This document shows, one piece after another, positions 22,401 to 32,205 of a DNA stretch of 35,047 bases. The number at the start of each line of letters is the position of its first letter. The first letter of the stretch is position 1. This DNA comes from Stramenopiles sp. TOSAG23-2. Its lineage: Eukaryota. The stretch covers positions 1 through 35,047 of the forward strand of contig LT649345.1 of NCBI GenBank assembly GCA_900128395.1, read 5' to 3'. The position numbers and the translations under genes are program-made. Below the pieces are notes generated by a model. That model searched no databases. It worked only from the letters and a program-made list of their open reading frames with translations, and was not told the DNA's origin.

Positions 22401-24506
22401 AGTGTTTACACCCATCAATATAGAAGAAGAAGAAGAAGAAGATGATGATGATGATGATAAAGTAGAACTGGAGCTATTGTTATTACCAGGATTGTTCCTT
22501 GCCGAGGACGATGGGTCCATCATCATCATCATCATTGTATTGGCAGGCTTATCAACATCCTGATTTTGGTTTAATAAACGTTGCATGCTGAGATTTAAGC
22601 AACTTAAAAGCCTTGATCGCATATCTAGCGAAATAAACATGACACTACGCATAATTTCAACAATTTCCATATGGACATTGCTGCCCATGAGGGAACTATA
22701 TTGCAATAACATGCACAAGCCATCAATGGCTAGATATTGGTTATTACCACTACGCCGATTTAACGTCATTTTTCTTAACCTCATTAAAATGAAATCCGCA
22801 AAATCCTTGCTATATTTAACTAATGGTATAACAGATGATAATATCGATCGTGCATCTGTATAAGAAACACTTGGACCGAAAACATACCCCAACCAATCTT
22901 GCACTTTTAAAATATGCTTGCCAAACATGATAGTCCGTTGGCTTCCAAGTTTAACTAACAGCCTTAAATATACGCGATGCACGGATTTCTTCGTCTTCTC
23001 GTTGTAAAAATCTTTTGATAACAAATTATGAAATGCCAAATCAATAATATTAGGTTGGCATTCTTGGTATAATTCAAACATTAAAAACAGTATATCGCAG
23101 CCCAATGACTGCATTGTTTTAGTGAAAGTAATATTTTTTTTTGTTTGCCAACGCGGCATAGCATCACTTTTCAACGATATGAGCGCGGTACATAGTTGTA
23201 TTAATTCAGGGATTATGCTTATGGAAAAATCCGCACCAAGAACATTACCTCCATCGTGAAGAAGAGTACGGCAAAAATTATACATAGCTGTATAAGGATT
23301 CTCACAATCCGCTTCAGCTTTACTAGCAACAATCATCAATATACCAGTTATGCATTGACGAGACAACCATACCACAGGAGTATCAGCTATGAGCATACCA
23401 TCATCTTCTGATGGATTCACAGTTTCTACATTAACAGTAGCCGAGCTCAATTTAATTCGTTTTTTTGATTTGGAAGAATTTTTATTATTGATTAGGCCAT
23501 TTTCATATTGTTGCAAATATATTTGTTGGCGTGATTTAGCTGACATTAATACGGCAATAAGACTATCATTTGAACTATAATTATGGGCCACAAGAAAAAT
23601 CAATGCAATATCAACCCATGTAACATTGCTTTCACTTGCCCCATTGCGCAGTTGTAAATAATAATGTATGAGCCGCTCGCACAATTTAGGTGATTGTTCC
23701 ATACTTATTCGGCAAATCAAAAACACATTAGCAGATATAGACATGTTGAAACTTTTTATTAATAATTTTCTAAAAGTATTGATCCAGCTTTTTGTTATAT
23801 CTTTGTTTGGAATTAAACTGGATGTGATGAAATTCAATATACATTTAATGATGGATGGATATTCATTTGGAATGAATGTTGATGACAATAGCTGTTCATG
23901 CAACGCAATCCAATCTGACAAATCAAGAAAGGATTGCATCTCGCCTATCATGAGTAGCGACGGCAATATAAAAAAAGGCTTCCATTTCACTTTTACAACC
24001 TTAGACAACCATATTTTGATCGTATTACTACCTCCTTTTACACGACTGTCAATAGACGTATCGATTTTATTTGTATTCAATTTTTTCTGCATATTGATAT
24101 GGCAATAGAACAAAGTTGGCAAAATCTCAAGTAACAAAATACATTGCTTTTCAATATCTGCTTGTTGGTTGCTTTGGTTATCAACGTTTTTCAAGCAGGA
24201 CCCGACTTTTAAAATTGTGCTCAACGTTGCTTCAACTATTTGTTTTAATTCATCATACTTTTCAAAGATATTCATAGTGGTAATAGATATGCCATAATCT
24301 ACTTTAATTAGAACGTGTAATTCAGTAAACAATTGCTCCAACTTTTGCTTATCACAGACGTTCATGGTAATGGCGTTAATGAACCTTACTAAGATATGTT
24401 CATTGTTACTGTTTCTCCCCATAACGTGACTCTGACCATTATTATCATTTATATTTTTTACAAAAGACGATATGTTATTTATAGAATGAGCATAATCGAA
24501 ACTCAT
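19449..24506 (-). CDS. FANCI: FANCI-like alpha-solenoid DNA repair protein
   Basis: 1685 aa. LGCDILFLMFELYQECQPNII, VIPLVKYSKDFADFILMRLRKM (LRK, equivalent to the monoubiquitinated Lys region), LAIDGLCMLL, EIVEIMR...DMRSRL and LMAIEKFD match FANCI blocks in order. Divergent. Confidence 0.75.
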   Translation of the reverse strand: MSFDYAHSINNISSFVKNINDNNGQSHVMGRNSNNEHILVRFINAITMNVCDKQKLEQLFTELHVLIKVDYGISITTMNIFEKYDELKQIVEATLSTILKVGSCLKNVDNQSNQQADIEKQCILLLEILPTLFYCHINMQKKLNTNKIDTSIDSRVKGGSNTIKIWLSKVVKVKWKPFFILPSLLMIGEMQSFLDLSDWIALHEQLLSSTFIPNEYPSIIKCILNFITSSLIPNKDITKSWINTFRKLLIKSFNMSISANVFLICRISMEQSPKLCERLIHYYLQLRNGASESNVTWVDIALIFLVAHNYSSNDSLIAVLMSAKSRQQIYLQQYENGLINNKNSSKSKKRIKLSSATVNVETVNPSEDDGMLIADTPVVWLSRQCITGILMIVASKAEADCENPYTAMYNFCRTLLHDGGNVLGADFSISIIPELIQLCTALISLKSDAMPRWQTKKNITFTKTMQSLGCDILFLMFELYQECQPNIIDLAFHNLLSKDFYNEKTKKSVHRVYLRLLVKLGSQRTIMFGKHILKVQDWLGYVFGPSVSYTDARSILSSVIPLVKYSKDFADFILMRLRKMTLNRRSGNNQYLAIDGLCMLLQYSSLMGSNVHMEIVEIMRSVMFISLDMRSRLLSCLNLSMQRLLNQNQDVDKPANTMMMMMMDPSSSARNNPGNNNSSSSTLSSSSSSSSSSSSILMGVNTGTNKRVDGKWPLSRNATGILTGIIWQRLLALCDQDISSRAIEDTGDKNPRAIPRKKIRNHGGRFNENNVELTINTSKIFRILKVQDKKIYEQVESPGLLFNCLLSLVNLANVNLINLNPIVYSFLSYLHLDDGDMNGQNVSRLEEYKTPLMPRVKILVPLSTAVAQFLFVTTAAANGNNNLEDNTRAYMDHFKSFLSKYNADKRYSMLIELYEVAGILNILCQPKYDMGAVTRLELIDFNEYNDVFQPIGCKEVQTSLFVFKQFFNNYLAQDSNGGFASNATKTREIKIPTSIIATLHASKNLLQQVTEWEKEPSSMLQDSFEKIFLDSVSAVLLAYAATSFSVMKKNIIYYAACYNFILKSYNEETGPFCNVVRRCIKANVKDESNVSNLSFLELLFKKEKPKSKDIQKLFMKDTGVSTIFFELRINLLKILEKMLNLLTTLLLRPNKKAFANQAKSCVSKFSKFMDCSIDTLEEEESVVKFIFISLGVAFGKQVPKDMKTKLGTHPTLIWLNISIMNYCIKINNQLSNENLVLYKIVAPEYVAMICNYKVDNTKVLKEILEFILNAGYMICNKSNMEIPERLPSALIRASMDRKYFAIFEEQTEGDNKSTSKQSLFKSLIDQISHCSFEKDEGSKATLLIPFQHYQSRLKGLLSGKDDRIACINKSFKNKNKKNDTIGNSNVGVNEKIHRLIDGAGASIQMLNMKERRSILHSIEIIIEDMVGIFSHDVSPEVCDSIMNITNTNFQLSNLETIFRCFQKDNWKPKLLQKSYSHLMPVFTSLATLGRVVCQIIIKFGYRVVGSNKSNKKKQHGSYEKTFDSIWLSINRLYRLFILSRHWITLLTSFHSHIKKKCSETLMAIEKFDMEIWNMCISHERYIFKNRKDRSWNLERYHMEFAVLVVDVIQIRNIIDRMKNGTKENNGMMLLERQRSARKGGKRKGRKKKRLRSRNKYVDTHLESESGDDAYADLEDFIVGEDDEID

Positions 24507-24551
24507 TGTCGTTAAATAGAAATATCAAGTCCTTACCACTTATCATTCGGT

Positions 24552-24577
24552 ACTACTACTACTACTACTACTACTAC
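24552..24577. repeat. (TAC)n microsatellite
   Basis: Tandem tac run upstream of the FANCI start. Confidence 0.9.
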
Positions 24578-24661
24578 AGAGATGTACAATTGAATAAATG
24601 TTTGTATATGTCTATGTACATATATGATTTTATTTATTAACATTTTTTTGAATTTTAAAAA

Positions 24662-24771
24662 TTAATAAAAAATAATAAAATTTTTTTTTTATGTATCCTG
24701 TTAGAAATAGGGTTGTTTAATAAAAAATAATAAAATTTTTTTTTTATGTATCCTGTTAGAAATAGGGTTGT
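24662..24771. repeat. Perfect 55-bp tandem duplication
   Basis: 24662-24716 equals 24717-24771 (ttaataaaaaataataaaa T10 atgtatcctgttagaaatagggttgt). Confidence 0.95.
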
Positions 24772-24815
24772 TTTCAAAAATCTAAATTATACAACGCTAC
24801 AGACAGCCTACAGAC

Positions 24816-24830
24816 AGCTGCTAGCTAGCT
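24816..24830. promoter_or_regulatory. (AGCT/GCTA)n tract in a divergent intergenic region
   Basis: agctgctagctagct between FANCI (-) and DNAL1 (+), preceded by a ctacagacagc direct repeat. Confidence 0.45.
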
Positions 24831-25220
24831 CTATTAAGACGGTGATACTATGAAAAAAGAAATAAATACCCGTTGTGAATTAAAAACAACACTATAATAA
24901 CACTGTAAAAATAGCTTCTTTACTTTTGTTTTTTTTTGAATAACTACTACTAGAAGAAAATAAAACCAATTTTAAATTTACAAAAATAGCATGCAAACAG
25001 CACCGACGAAAAAAAACCGGCCAAGAAAAAGAAAAAAACACTATTATTATATATACTGGTATTATATGTTTTGTTGTTATTATTATTATACACACATATA
25101 TACTTATGATATATATATATATAAATTTGCAGACAGAATCATTCACGTCAATTTCATCAACAGCTTGAAATCGGATATAAGCTTACAGATACAACAAGCC
25201 AATATTCACCCGAAAGAAAA

Positions 25221-25823
25221 ATGACCACATGCGAAGCTGCTATCAAAGCGTGGGAAGAGGAAAGTAAAGAAACAGCTGCTGATGCACGTAAAGTATTGTT
25301 ATATTGTCAAATTCCACCTATATCAAAGATGGATGGAAACTTGAACAATTTAAAAAAATGTCAACATCTTTCCTTATCTACCAACTCCATAGAGAAATTT
25401 GGTAACTTAACCTTGCCTGAATTAAAAATCTTATCAATTGGGAGAAATCATATAAAAAAAGTAGACAAAATTGAAGGCATTGCGGGCACACTTGAAGAGT
25501 TATGGATGTCATATAATGTTCTTAACGGGCTTGACGGTTTAGCATCTTGTAAAAAGTTACAAGTTTTATATTTATCTAATAATAAGATAAAATCGTGGGA
25601 TGAATTAGACAAATTACAGGCAAATCCAGAATTAAGGGATATATTATTGATTGGTAATCCAATTTACGATAATATGACCACAGAGCAACAAAGAGTAGAA
25701 GTTCTTAAACATTTGCCAAACTTACAAAAGATTGATGGAATTGTCGTCACACCAGCCGAGAGGGAAGCGGCTGCAAATGGTGGGGAAACCAATAGAACAG
25801 ATGGGGGTTCGCCAAGAAGTTAA
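25221..25823 (+). CDS. DNAL1: Axonemal dynein light chain 1 (LC1, LRR protein)
   Basis: TTCEAAIKAWEE, LYCQIPPISKMD, HLSLSTNSIEK, LKILSIGRNHIKK, TLEELWMSYN, LYLSNNKI, LLIGNPIY, LPNLQKIDG. Confidence 0.96.
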   Translation: MTTCEAAIKAWEEESKETAADARKVLLYCQIPPISKMDGNLNNLKKCQHLSLSTNSIEKFGNLTLPELKILSIGRNHIKKVDKIEGIAGTLEELWMSYNVLNGLDGLASCKKLQVLYLSNNKIKSWDELDKLQANPELRDILLIGNPIYDNMTTEQQRVEVLKHLPNLQKIDGIVVTPAEREAAANGGETNRTDGGSPRS

Positions 25824-26278
25824 GGAAATTAGATAGGTTCAACATGTATAGTTTGCATAGTATTTCCTCATTGTAAATAAATAAATGCGGAAAAAGGCCT
25901 ACATGTTTTAAAATGAAAATGGATAATCAGATGTAATATTTTATGTATTGATAAATATGATACGATATATATTTATTTAAATATATTTAAAAATATATTA
26001 ATGATATGATAGTTGATTTTTGTGTTTATCGGTACATATGAATGATACCACAGGTGGTGAAAAGCAAAAGCAAAATTCAACGCCAATAATGCTGTTTACA
26101 TAAAATAAAATTAGTTATACATATATATATATATATACATATCATATATATTTTAGTTATGATTAAAAAATATTACTCGTACATATTTGACACGAACGTA
26201 TATTACGTCCCTTTTATTTACTTTTTGTTTTATTTTATTTTTAAAATATTTTATATAAAATAAAAAACAAAAAAAATA

Positions 26279-29200
26279 CTAATCGTTTGTTGTCTTGAAA
26301 ATTTCCACATTTGGTTTTATTCCGTGTTCCTCAGGACTTAGGTATTCCGACAGAATTCCGACCGCATGTTGTGTCTTTTGTGCAAATTCATTAACACCGT
26401 TAACAGGCAAATTGTTTATATCATCTTCACTAATAAGGGCATATTGTCGTAGAAATTCCACCTTTTCCTCAGTGCATTCATCTGGATGCATATACTCTAT
26501 TTGTGTATCATTTTCTTTCGACATAAAAATTTTTGTTGCGGCATCTTTATCTTTTGCAGCCGTTTGGCGTCTATGCGAATACAAACCTTGTTTCATTTTT
26601 TGTACGCCGGTTTCGTAAACCTCTTTAGAATGGCGCTTTTTATAGATCTTATAAAATTGAGATCCTATAATTGTCAATGGCATTGCCATATAAAATGCAC
26701 CAAATAGAGCGGCGCCCATGATGATTCCCTTACCAATGGCAGTTTTTGGAAACAATCCACCATACCCAACACTTGTCATCGTTACCATTACAATCCACAT
26801 TGCGTCAAACATATCCTGGACGTGGCATTTGTATGTATTGTCTATCCAAGTACCGCCTGCTTGCTCACATGTTGTTTGTGTTAGTGATGATCCATCGGAA
26901 CACTCACGCGGACCACATCTAAAACATGGACTAGTTTTCCCAGGGAATCCCGAAGAATGGTCGCACATGCCTGGGATTGAATACTGCAATTCTGCTACAT
27001 ATAATGGACCTGCAAATATAATGACTCCAATGAAAAAAAATAGCAACGGCGTTGCCATTCTTTTGGAAACTTTGCTCACTGTTTCGTTGCATACATCAAC
27101 ACCTTTGATTCGACCGGCCATGAATAAACATCGTATTGGAATCATCAATCGAAAAGGTCTGAACGTGGCTGGATCAAACGATTGTACAAGTGGCATACCC
27201 CATACAGTATATTTAAATTCGTTTTCTGTTATCAACACCAATAAATACTCAAATGTGAAAATTATTATAAATAGAATATCTATAATATTGTTTTTCAAAA
27301 ATATTCTCACTTTCCTTGATACTACCGCACGAGTAATAAATTCGGACAGAAAATATATCAAAAGTAACAATTCCAAGGCGGCATATCGTATAGATGTGAC
27401 GATTTGTTGGTCATTACTAATACAAACGGTTCTTGCACATATTGGCCATTTAACATTAAGCAATGTATATTCGTCACTAAATGGGGCGGTGCCTGCAAAG
27501 GTACTATTGACTGGACACGCTGCATCCGCTTTTAATTGCTTGTTAGCATCAAAATCAACCAAATCATGATATGTTTGACAAGTCAAGTTATAACTTGGAC
27601 CCCATCCACTATCACTACTAGTATCGCCCCATGCACAGTCATTAATATCCTCCTTTATGCACCCTTTGTAATTACCATTGGGAAAACATCCTGCATTTGA
27701 TGCTTTTATCGTATCGCTTCCTATTTTATTAACAATAAGACATTTATCAACATTTTTATTAACATTTAGACAATTATTAACATTTAGACAATACCTATGT
27801 ACGACCTGCCTGCACAATGTACTCGTTTCCCCGTATCTATTAAACGATTGCATCGTATGGAGGAAACTGAAAACAACACATATTACCATCATCAACAAAC
27901 GGCATTGATATACTCGTCTAGATCGTTTGTCAGCACTTTTCACTTCACAAATTACCCATACCTTATCCTTACATGTCCATTGCGCTTTTGGCTTTGTTTC
28001 CTTTAAATTTTTGTATTCAGCTTTTAAATATTTGCTTCTGCCTTCTTGCATAAGAGTACTGACACACATTAAAATGCAACTAATTGTTTTTTCGACTATA
28101 ATTACGTGTGTTTTTTTTTTTTGCAGTGTAGGAGCTTCGATTTTCAGCGTGTGAGATCTTAAAATTTCATTTTTTCCCTCATCCTGGACACCTTTTGCTA
28201 AATCAAAAAGTTCCCTTACATCAACTAAGAAGAGCGAATGATATATGTTTATATGTCTTAACAATACGGTTCTATAATTTTTAATGTACTTCTGCGTCTT
28301 CCCATGTACACGTGGTTCGCCACTTTCGTCTACGACATATTTCTTCTTATCATTTGCATTTTCATTATCTGCATTGTCCCCATTTTGCATTAATTCCTCT
28401 ACGGATTTATTTGGACTTTTAGGACCAGTATGATATTTCTTATCAAACTCAGTAACTCTGCAAACATAGCATGTTAATGAAATAGCTGTATTTAAAACAC
28501 GTTGCTTCCTATTACGCGTATTCACAGCATGGCGTTCTGCCATGATTCTTTTTCTCTGAATGGGATCTTTCAAAGCCAATTCTTTTTCATGGTCATTATA
28601 TGCATTTTCGAATTGATTACCAATAACTGCGATTGGCATCGATAGAAAAACAGCTCCTGCAAGCATAGTAATGACAGCAACAAAACGCGCCATATTGTTT
28701 GAAGGAATTTGGTCGCCAAAACCAACCGTTGTCAAAGTAATAATTACAAAGTACCCCGTATTGAAAACATCTTCAAAAGTGCAATCTGGCGTAACGCAAG
28801 GTTCAAATATGAATATTAAAGATGCTGCGATGAAGAAGAATAAAAACAGCATGACCGCGGTCAACGACAATGGTTGAAACGACGTGACAGCGGTTCTATA
28901 CATAATTTTTGCACCTGCAAATTGCCTTAATATTTTGAAAATTCGCAGTACCCGCAACAATCGAATGGAACTAATGGTTATAAATACTTGCACATTATTA
29001 GACGATTCGTTCCCCTCGTTCGCAACCAACATTTTCTCTAAGAACCACGGTAAGATCGCGAGAAAATCCACCCAGTTTAAAATATCAAAAAAGAAAGGTG
29101 TTTCCGATCTAATTTCATCTTCCACGCTTTTGTGATCAGTCAGCGCGTTTACAATTTTGTATTCATCCGTATTTTTAAAGCTATAACAATAATTTTTTGA

Positions 29201-29623
29201 AACTGCAAGACGAACAACAAATTCCATAGTAAATATTACTGTAAGAATTGCTTCAATGACTTCGTAGTCCTCATCCGATAAATTGCCTGTCCATTTACTT
29301 TCATCTCCAACACTGCTTGCCATACTATATCTTGCATTCATACTGGACGTGCAATGCACGAGTACACTTAGAAAAATTAATACGGTCAAGGTGTATTGCC
29401 ATATTTGCGAAGACTTGTTTGTTTGTGGATAATTACACAGAAGATTCAATTTTGTTTTCACATCACCATTTTCGTACAAATCATGTAATTCTTTTTTACT
29501 GTTACGCCGAAAGAAAGACTGTTCTTTTTGCACTGGGTGTACTCCTTTACCGGAAGTTGTGTTGCGTGCATTATCTATCTCATCTGCCCTTGCGTCTGGG
29601 TTTACGGCTACTCGCATATGCAT
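26279..29623 (-). CDS. Voltage-gated K+ channel-like protein with two tandem 6-TM domains
   Basis: Domain 1: FTMEFVVRL, NWVDFLAILPW, S4 IRLLRVLRIFKILR, pore TLTTVGFGD, S6 FLSMPIAVIGNQF. Domain 2: IIDILF, FRPFRLMIPIR, pore TMTSVGYGG, S6 YMAMPLTIIGSQF. Confidence 0.92.
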   Translation of the reverse strand: MHMRVAVNPDARADEIDNARNTTSGKGVHPVQKEQSFFRRNSKKELHDLYENGDVKTKLNLLCNYPQTNKSSQIWQYTLTVLIFLSVLVHCTSSMNARYSMASSVGDESKWTGNLSDEDYEVIEAILTVIFTMEFVVRLAVSKNYCYSFKNTDEYKIVNALTDHKSVEDEIRSETPFFFDILNWVDFLAILPWFLEKMLVANEGNESSNNVQVFITISSIRLLRVLRIFKILRQFAGAKIMYRTAVTSFQPLSLTAVMLFLFFFIAASLIFIFEPCVTPDCTFEDVFNTGYFVIITLTTVGFGDQIPSNNMARFVAVITMLAGAVFLSMPIAVIGNQFENAYNDHEKELALKDPIQRKRIMAERHAVNTRNRKQRVLNTAISLTCYVCRVTEFDKKYHTGPKSPNKSVEELMQNGDNADNENANDKKKYVVDESGEPRVHGKTQKYIKNYRTVLLRHINIYHSLFLVDVRELFDLAKGVQDEGKNEILRSHTLKIEAPTLQKKKTHVIIVEKTISCILMCVSTLMQEGRSKYLKAEYKNLKETKPKAQWTCKDKVWVICEVKSADKRSRRVYQCRLLMMVICVVFSFLHTMQSFNRYGETSTLCRQVVHRYCLNVNNCLNVNKNVDKCLIVNKIGSDTIKASNAGCFPNGNYKGCIKEDINDCAWGDTSSDSGWGPSYNLTCQTYHDLVDFDANKQLKADAACPVNSTFAGTAPFSDEYTLLNVKWPICARTVCISNDQQIVTSIRYAALELLLLIYFLSEFITRAVVSRKVRIFLKNNIIDILFIIIFTFEYLLVLITENEFKYTVWGMPLVQSFDPATFRPFRLMIPIRCLFMAGRIKGVDVCNETVSKVSKRMATPLLFFFIGVIIFAGPLYVAELQYSIPGMCDHSSGFPGKTSPCFRCGPRECSDGSSLTQTTCEQAGGTWIDNTYKCHVQDMFDAMWIVMVTMTSVGYGGLFPKTAIGKGIIMGAALFGAFYMAMPLTIIGSQFYKIYKKRHSKEVYETGVQKMKQGLYSHRRQTAAKDKDAATKIFMSKENDTQIEYMHPDECTEEKVEFLRQYALISEDDINNLPVNGVNEFAQKTQHAVGILSEYLSPEEHGIKPNVEIFKTTND

Positions 29624-30521
29624 CTGGACTACAATTTATATTCTTTATCCTTGGTTGTTGTGCTTCCTCTATTGATACTGAAATTAATTTCTACGTATCC
29701 ACTTCAAATAATTAGAGATCTTCCTTGAAGCAAACAGTTATACGTATATGTATATGGTGGCATTCATTATAAAACTTGTAATTGTGATGTAGGATACGCT
29801 AAATTATAAATTTAACTCTATTTACTATTGCCGCAGAATCTGGAATCAGCTGGCACACAGTCTGGAACGTTTGTGAAGCAAAGGTGGCATGTGTGCGTAT
29901 AGGTCACAGCTAAAACGAACATAAAAATATAACGTAAAAAATATGAAGCAGGCTTTTCCCAATAGGTTTTATATGTGAAATGTTTTTATGCCATAAAGAA
30001 GGAACCCTACACTTCACACACACGACAATCTCAGTGCCACACAACAACGCATATATTTCACCATTTTACCAGACTGCTAATAATGGCACACTCTGGCACT
30101 CCAGCACTCCGGACTCCACAGCAAACTGGCAAACCACAGCAAACCAGGCAAACCAGCAAACTCGATAAAAAAAAAATAAAAAGGCTGCTATTATTATTAA
30201 TATTAATACTGTATAGCGTCGTGTCGTGTGCACGTGTGTTCCGACTAAAAGGCTGCAGTTCGAATTATTATTATATATTTATTAAAATTCCTACAATTAT
30301 ACTATTATAATATGTAATGTTATTTACCTGCTATAATTCTTCTTCATATATGATATATTCTCCATCCAACAAAATGATACGAGGATGGCACGATGAATCA
30401 ATATTATATATATTTATTTATATTACGGTTTATGGAATAAGGCCATATCTATATATCTTATATAAACAATAAAGGAAATGTAAAGTACCAAACATATATA
30501 GCATCTTCTAATAATATTAAA

Positions 30522-30824
30522 ATGGAACCACAAAAAGGCAGTAGCAGTGTATCTGATGAATCTACTACAAATAAAGATGCAATTCTTTTAAACACCGTGA
30601 AGGAAGGGGATCATGTTATATTCCAATTTGAACATGGTGATAATAGTTTCGCCTTTTGCATTGCAAAAAAAGGACAAAAGGTGAAAATAAAAGGGAAACA
30701 CTATGTAGTTGATTCGATTATAGGGGCACCATACGGTGCGTGTTTCGAAGTTGAAAAACGTTCATTAAAGCGAGCAAAACAAGATGTGAGTGAAGATGAT
30801 GCAGCAATGGTAGTCCCAGAAGCC

Positions 30825-30877
<53 letters not shown>

Positions 30878-31820
30878 AAAAAATGAAAGAAGTAATAGTA
30901 CCAACCAAAATATACGCGGTACAATACGTGATAATAGAGATTTAATTGATGATAATTCAGCTCAAAAATTGCAACAAAAAGAAATTGGTGAATTAAGAAG
31001 CTCTGGTGTATCTGGTTCAGATATCATAAAAAAGTTAGTGGAAAATAGCGCAACGTTTCATGCAAAGACTGAATTTTCACAAGCAAAGTATTTAAAAAGA
31101 AAACGACAAAAATATACACCTCGCGTGCGTTTAATTAGACCATGTGCTCAATCATTAATATCATGTATGTATGCAAAAAATCCACAACGTGTTTTAAGTT
31201 TACGACCAGATGGGCTTTCTGTGTTACTTGCAAATGCTAATGTATGCCCTTGCAAATCAATCTTGATCGCAGAATCTACTTCAGGACTTATAGTGGGTGC
31301 AGTTGCGGAGCGCCTTGGCGGATACGGCATTGCATTGAATATTTATTTACAATCACATCCTTCACTTGTGATGATAGATCGATTTAATTTTGATCCAATG
31401 GTTAAAAAGGCAATTGTTAATTACCCTTTTTCCCGTGTAAATCGTTTATCCATGTTGAAAGCAGGTGAAGCTTTGGAAGACGCGTATGATGGAACCAGAG
31501 TCACGATAGGCGATAAGGAAGCGCATGAAATCGTATCAAAAGGTATGGATGGATTAATTATATGTACAGATATTGATATTAAAACCGTGTTGAATACATT
31601 ATTGCCATTTTTAGGTCCTTCAAAACCATTTGCAGTTTTTTCTCCATTTTTGCAAGGCTTAATGGAATGTTATATGGATTTGAAACACAGAAATGCTGCA
31701 TTGCATATGCAAATAACAGAGAATTGGGTACGTGAGTTTCAAGTGTTGAAAGGAAGAACACGACCTAATATGAATATGGATGATAGTGGTGGATTTGTTT
31801 TGAGTGGTATCAAGTTGTAA
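30522..31820 (+). CDS. TRM6: tRNA (adenine-58-N1)-methyltransferase non-catalytic subunit Trm6/Gcd10
   Basis: IIGAPYG, DNRDLIDDNSAQKL, IIKKLVENSATFHAKTEFSQAKYLKRK, LRPDGLS, GLIVGAVAERLGG, REFQVLKGRTRPNM...GGFVLSG. Contains a poly-Asn (AAT)17 tract at 30825-30875. Confidence 0.95.
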
Positions 31821-32205
31821 AAAAAAATACGTACTCCACATGCGTATGATACGAATTTTTAATAACATACGTCGTACAAAGGAAAGTATTTTTTGATAAG
31901 ATATAATAAACACGGTATAATTAAATATTTTACGCTCTCGTATACGTGGTACGAATTTTGCTTCTTTTAATACACATATATATTTATTAAAAATATTTAT
32001 TATATCATACGCGTATTTGTTTATTTTTTGTTCCGAGCCCTAAAAGATTAATCAAATGATACGTGTCACATCATGTGTCATACAGTCATACAACTCATTA
32101 CAAAAGCCGCCGTACGAATTTATATTTTTACTCTCTCTGCCAAAAAACTATGTACCATAATAGAAGACACACGAACACAATAATAAAATATTTTTTATTT
32201 TTTTT

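Noticed and set aside
16135..24506. p31comet and FANCI as a functional genome-stability cluster
   Set aside because: Convergent and separated by repeats; neighbours are functionally unrelated, so chance adjacency is adequate.
26718..27569. 283-aa plus-strand ORF (and similar shadow ORFs such as 32633-33241, 23668-24108, 3188-3637)
   Set aside because: Entirely antisense to well-supported genes and without recognisable motifs; explained by codon bias of the real strand.
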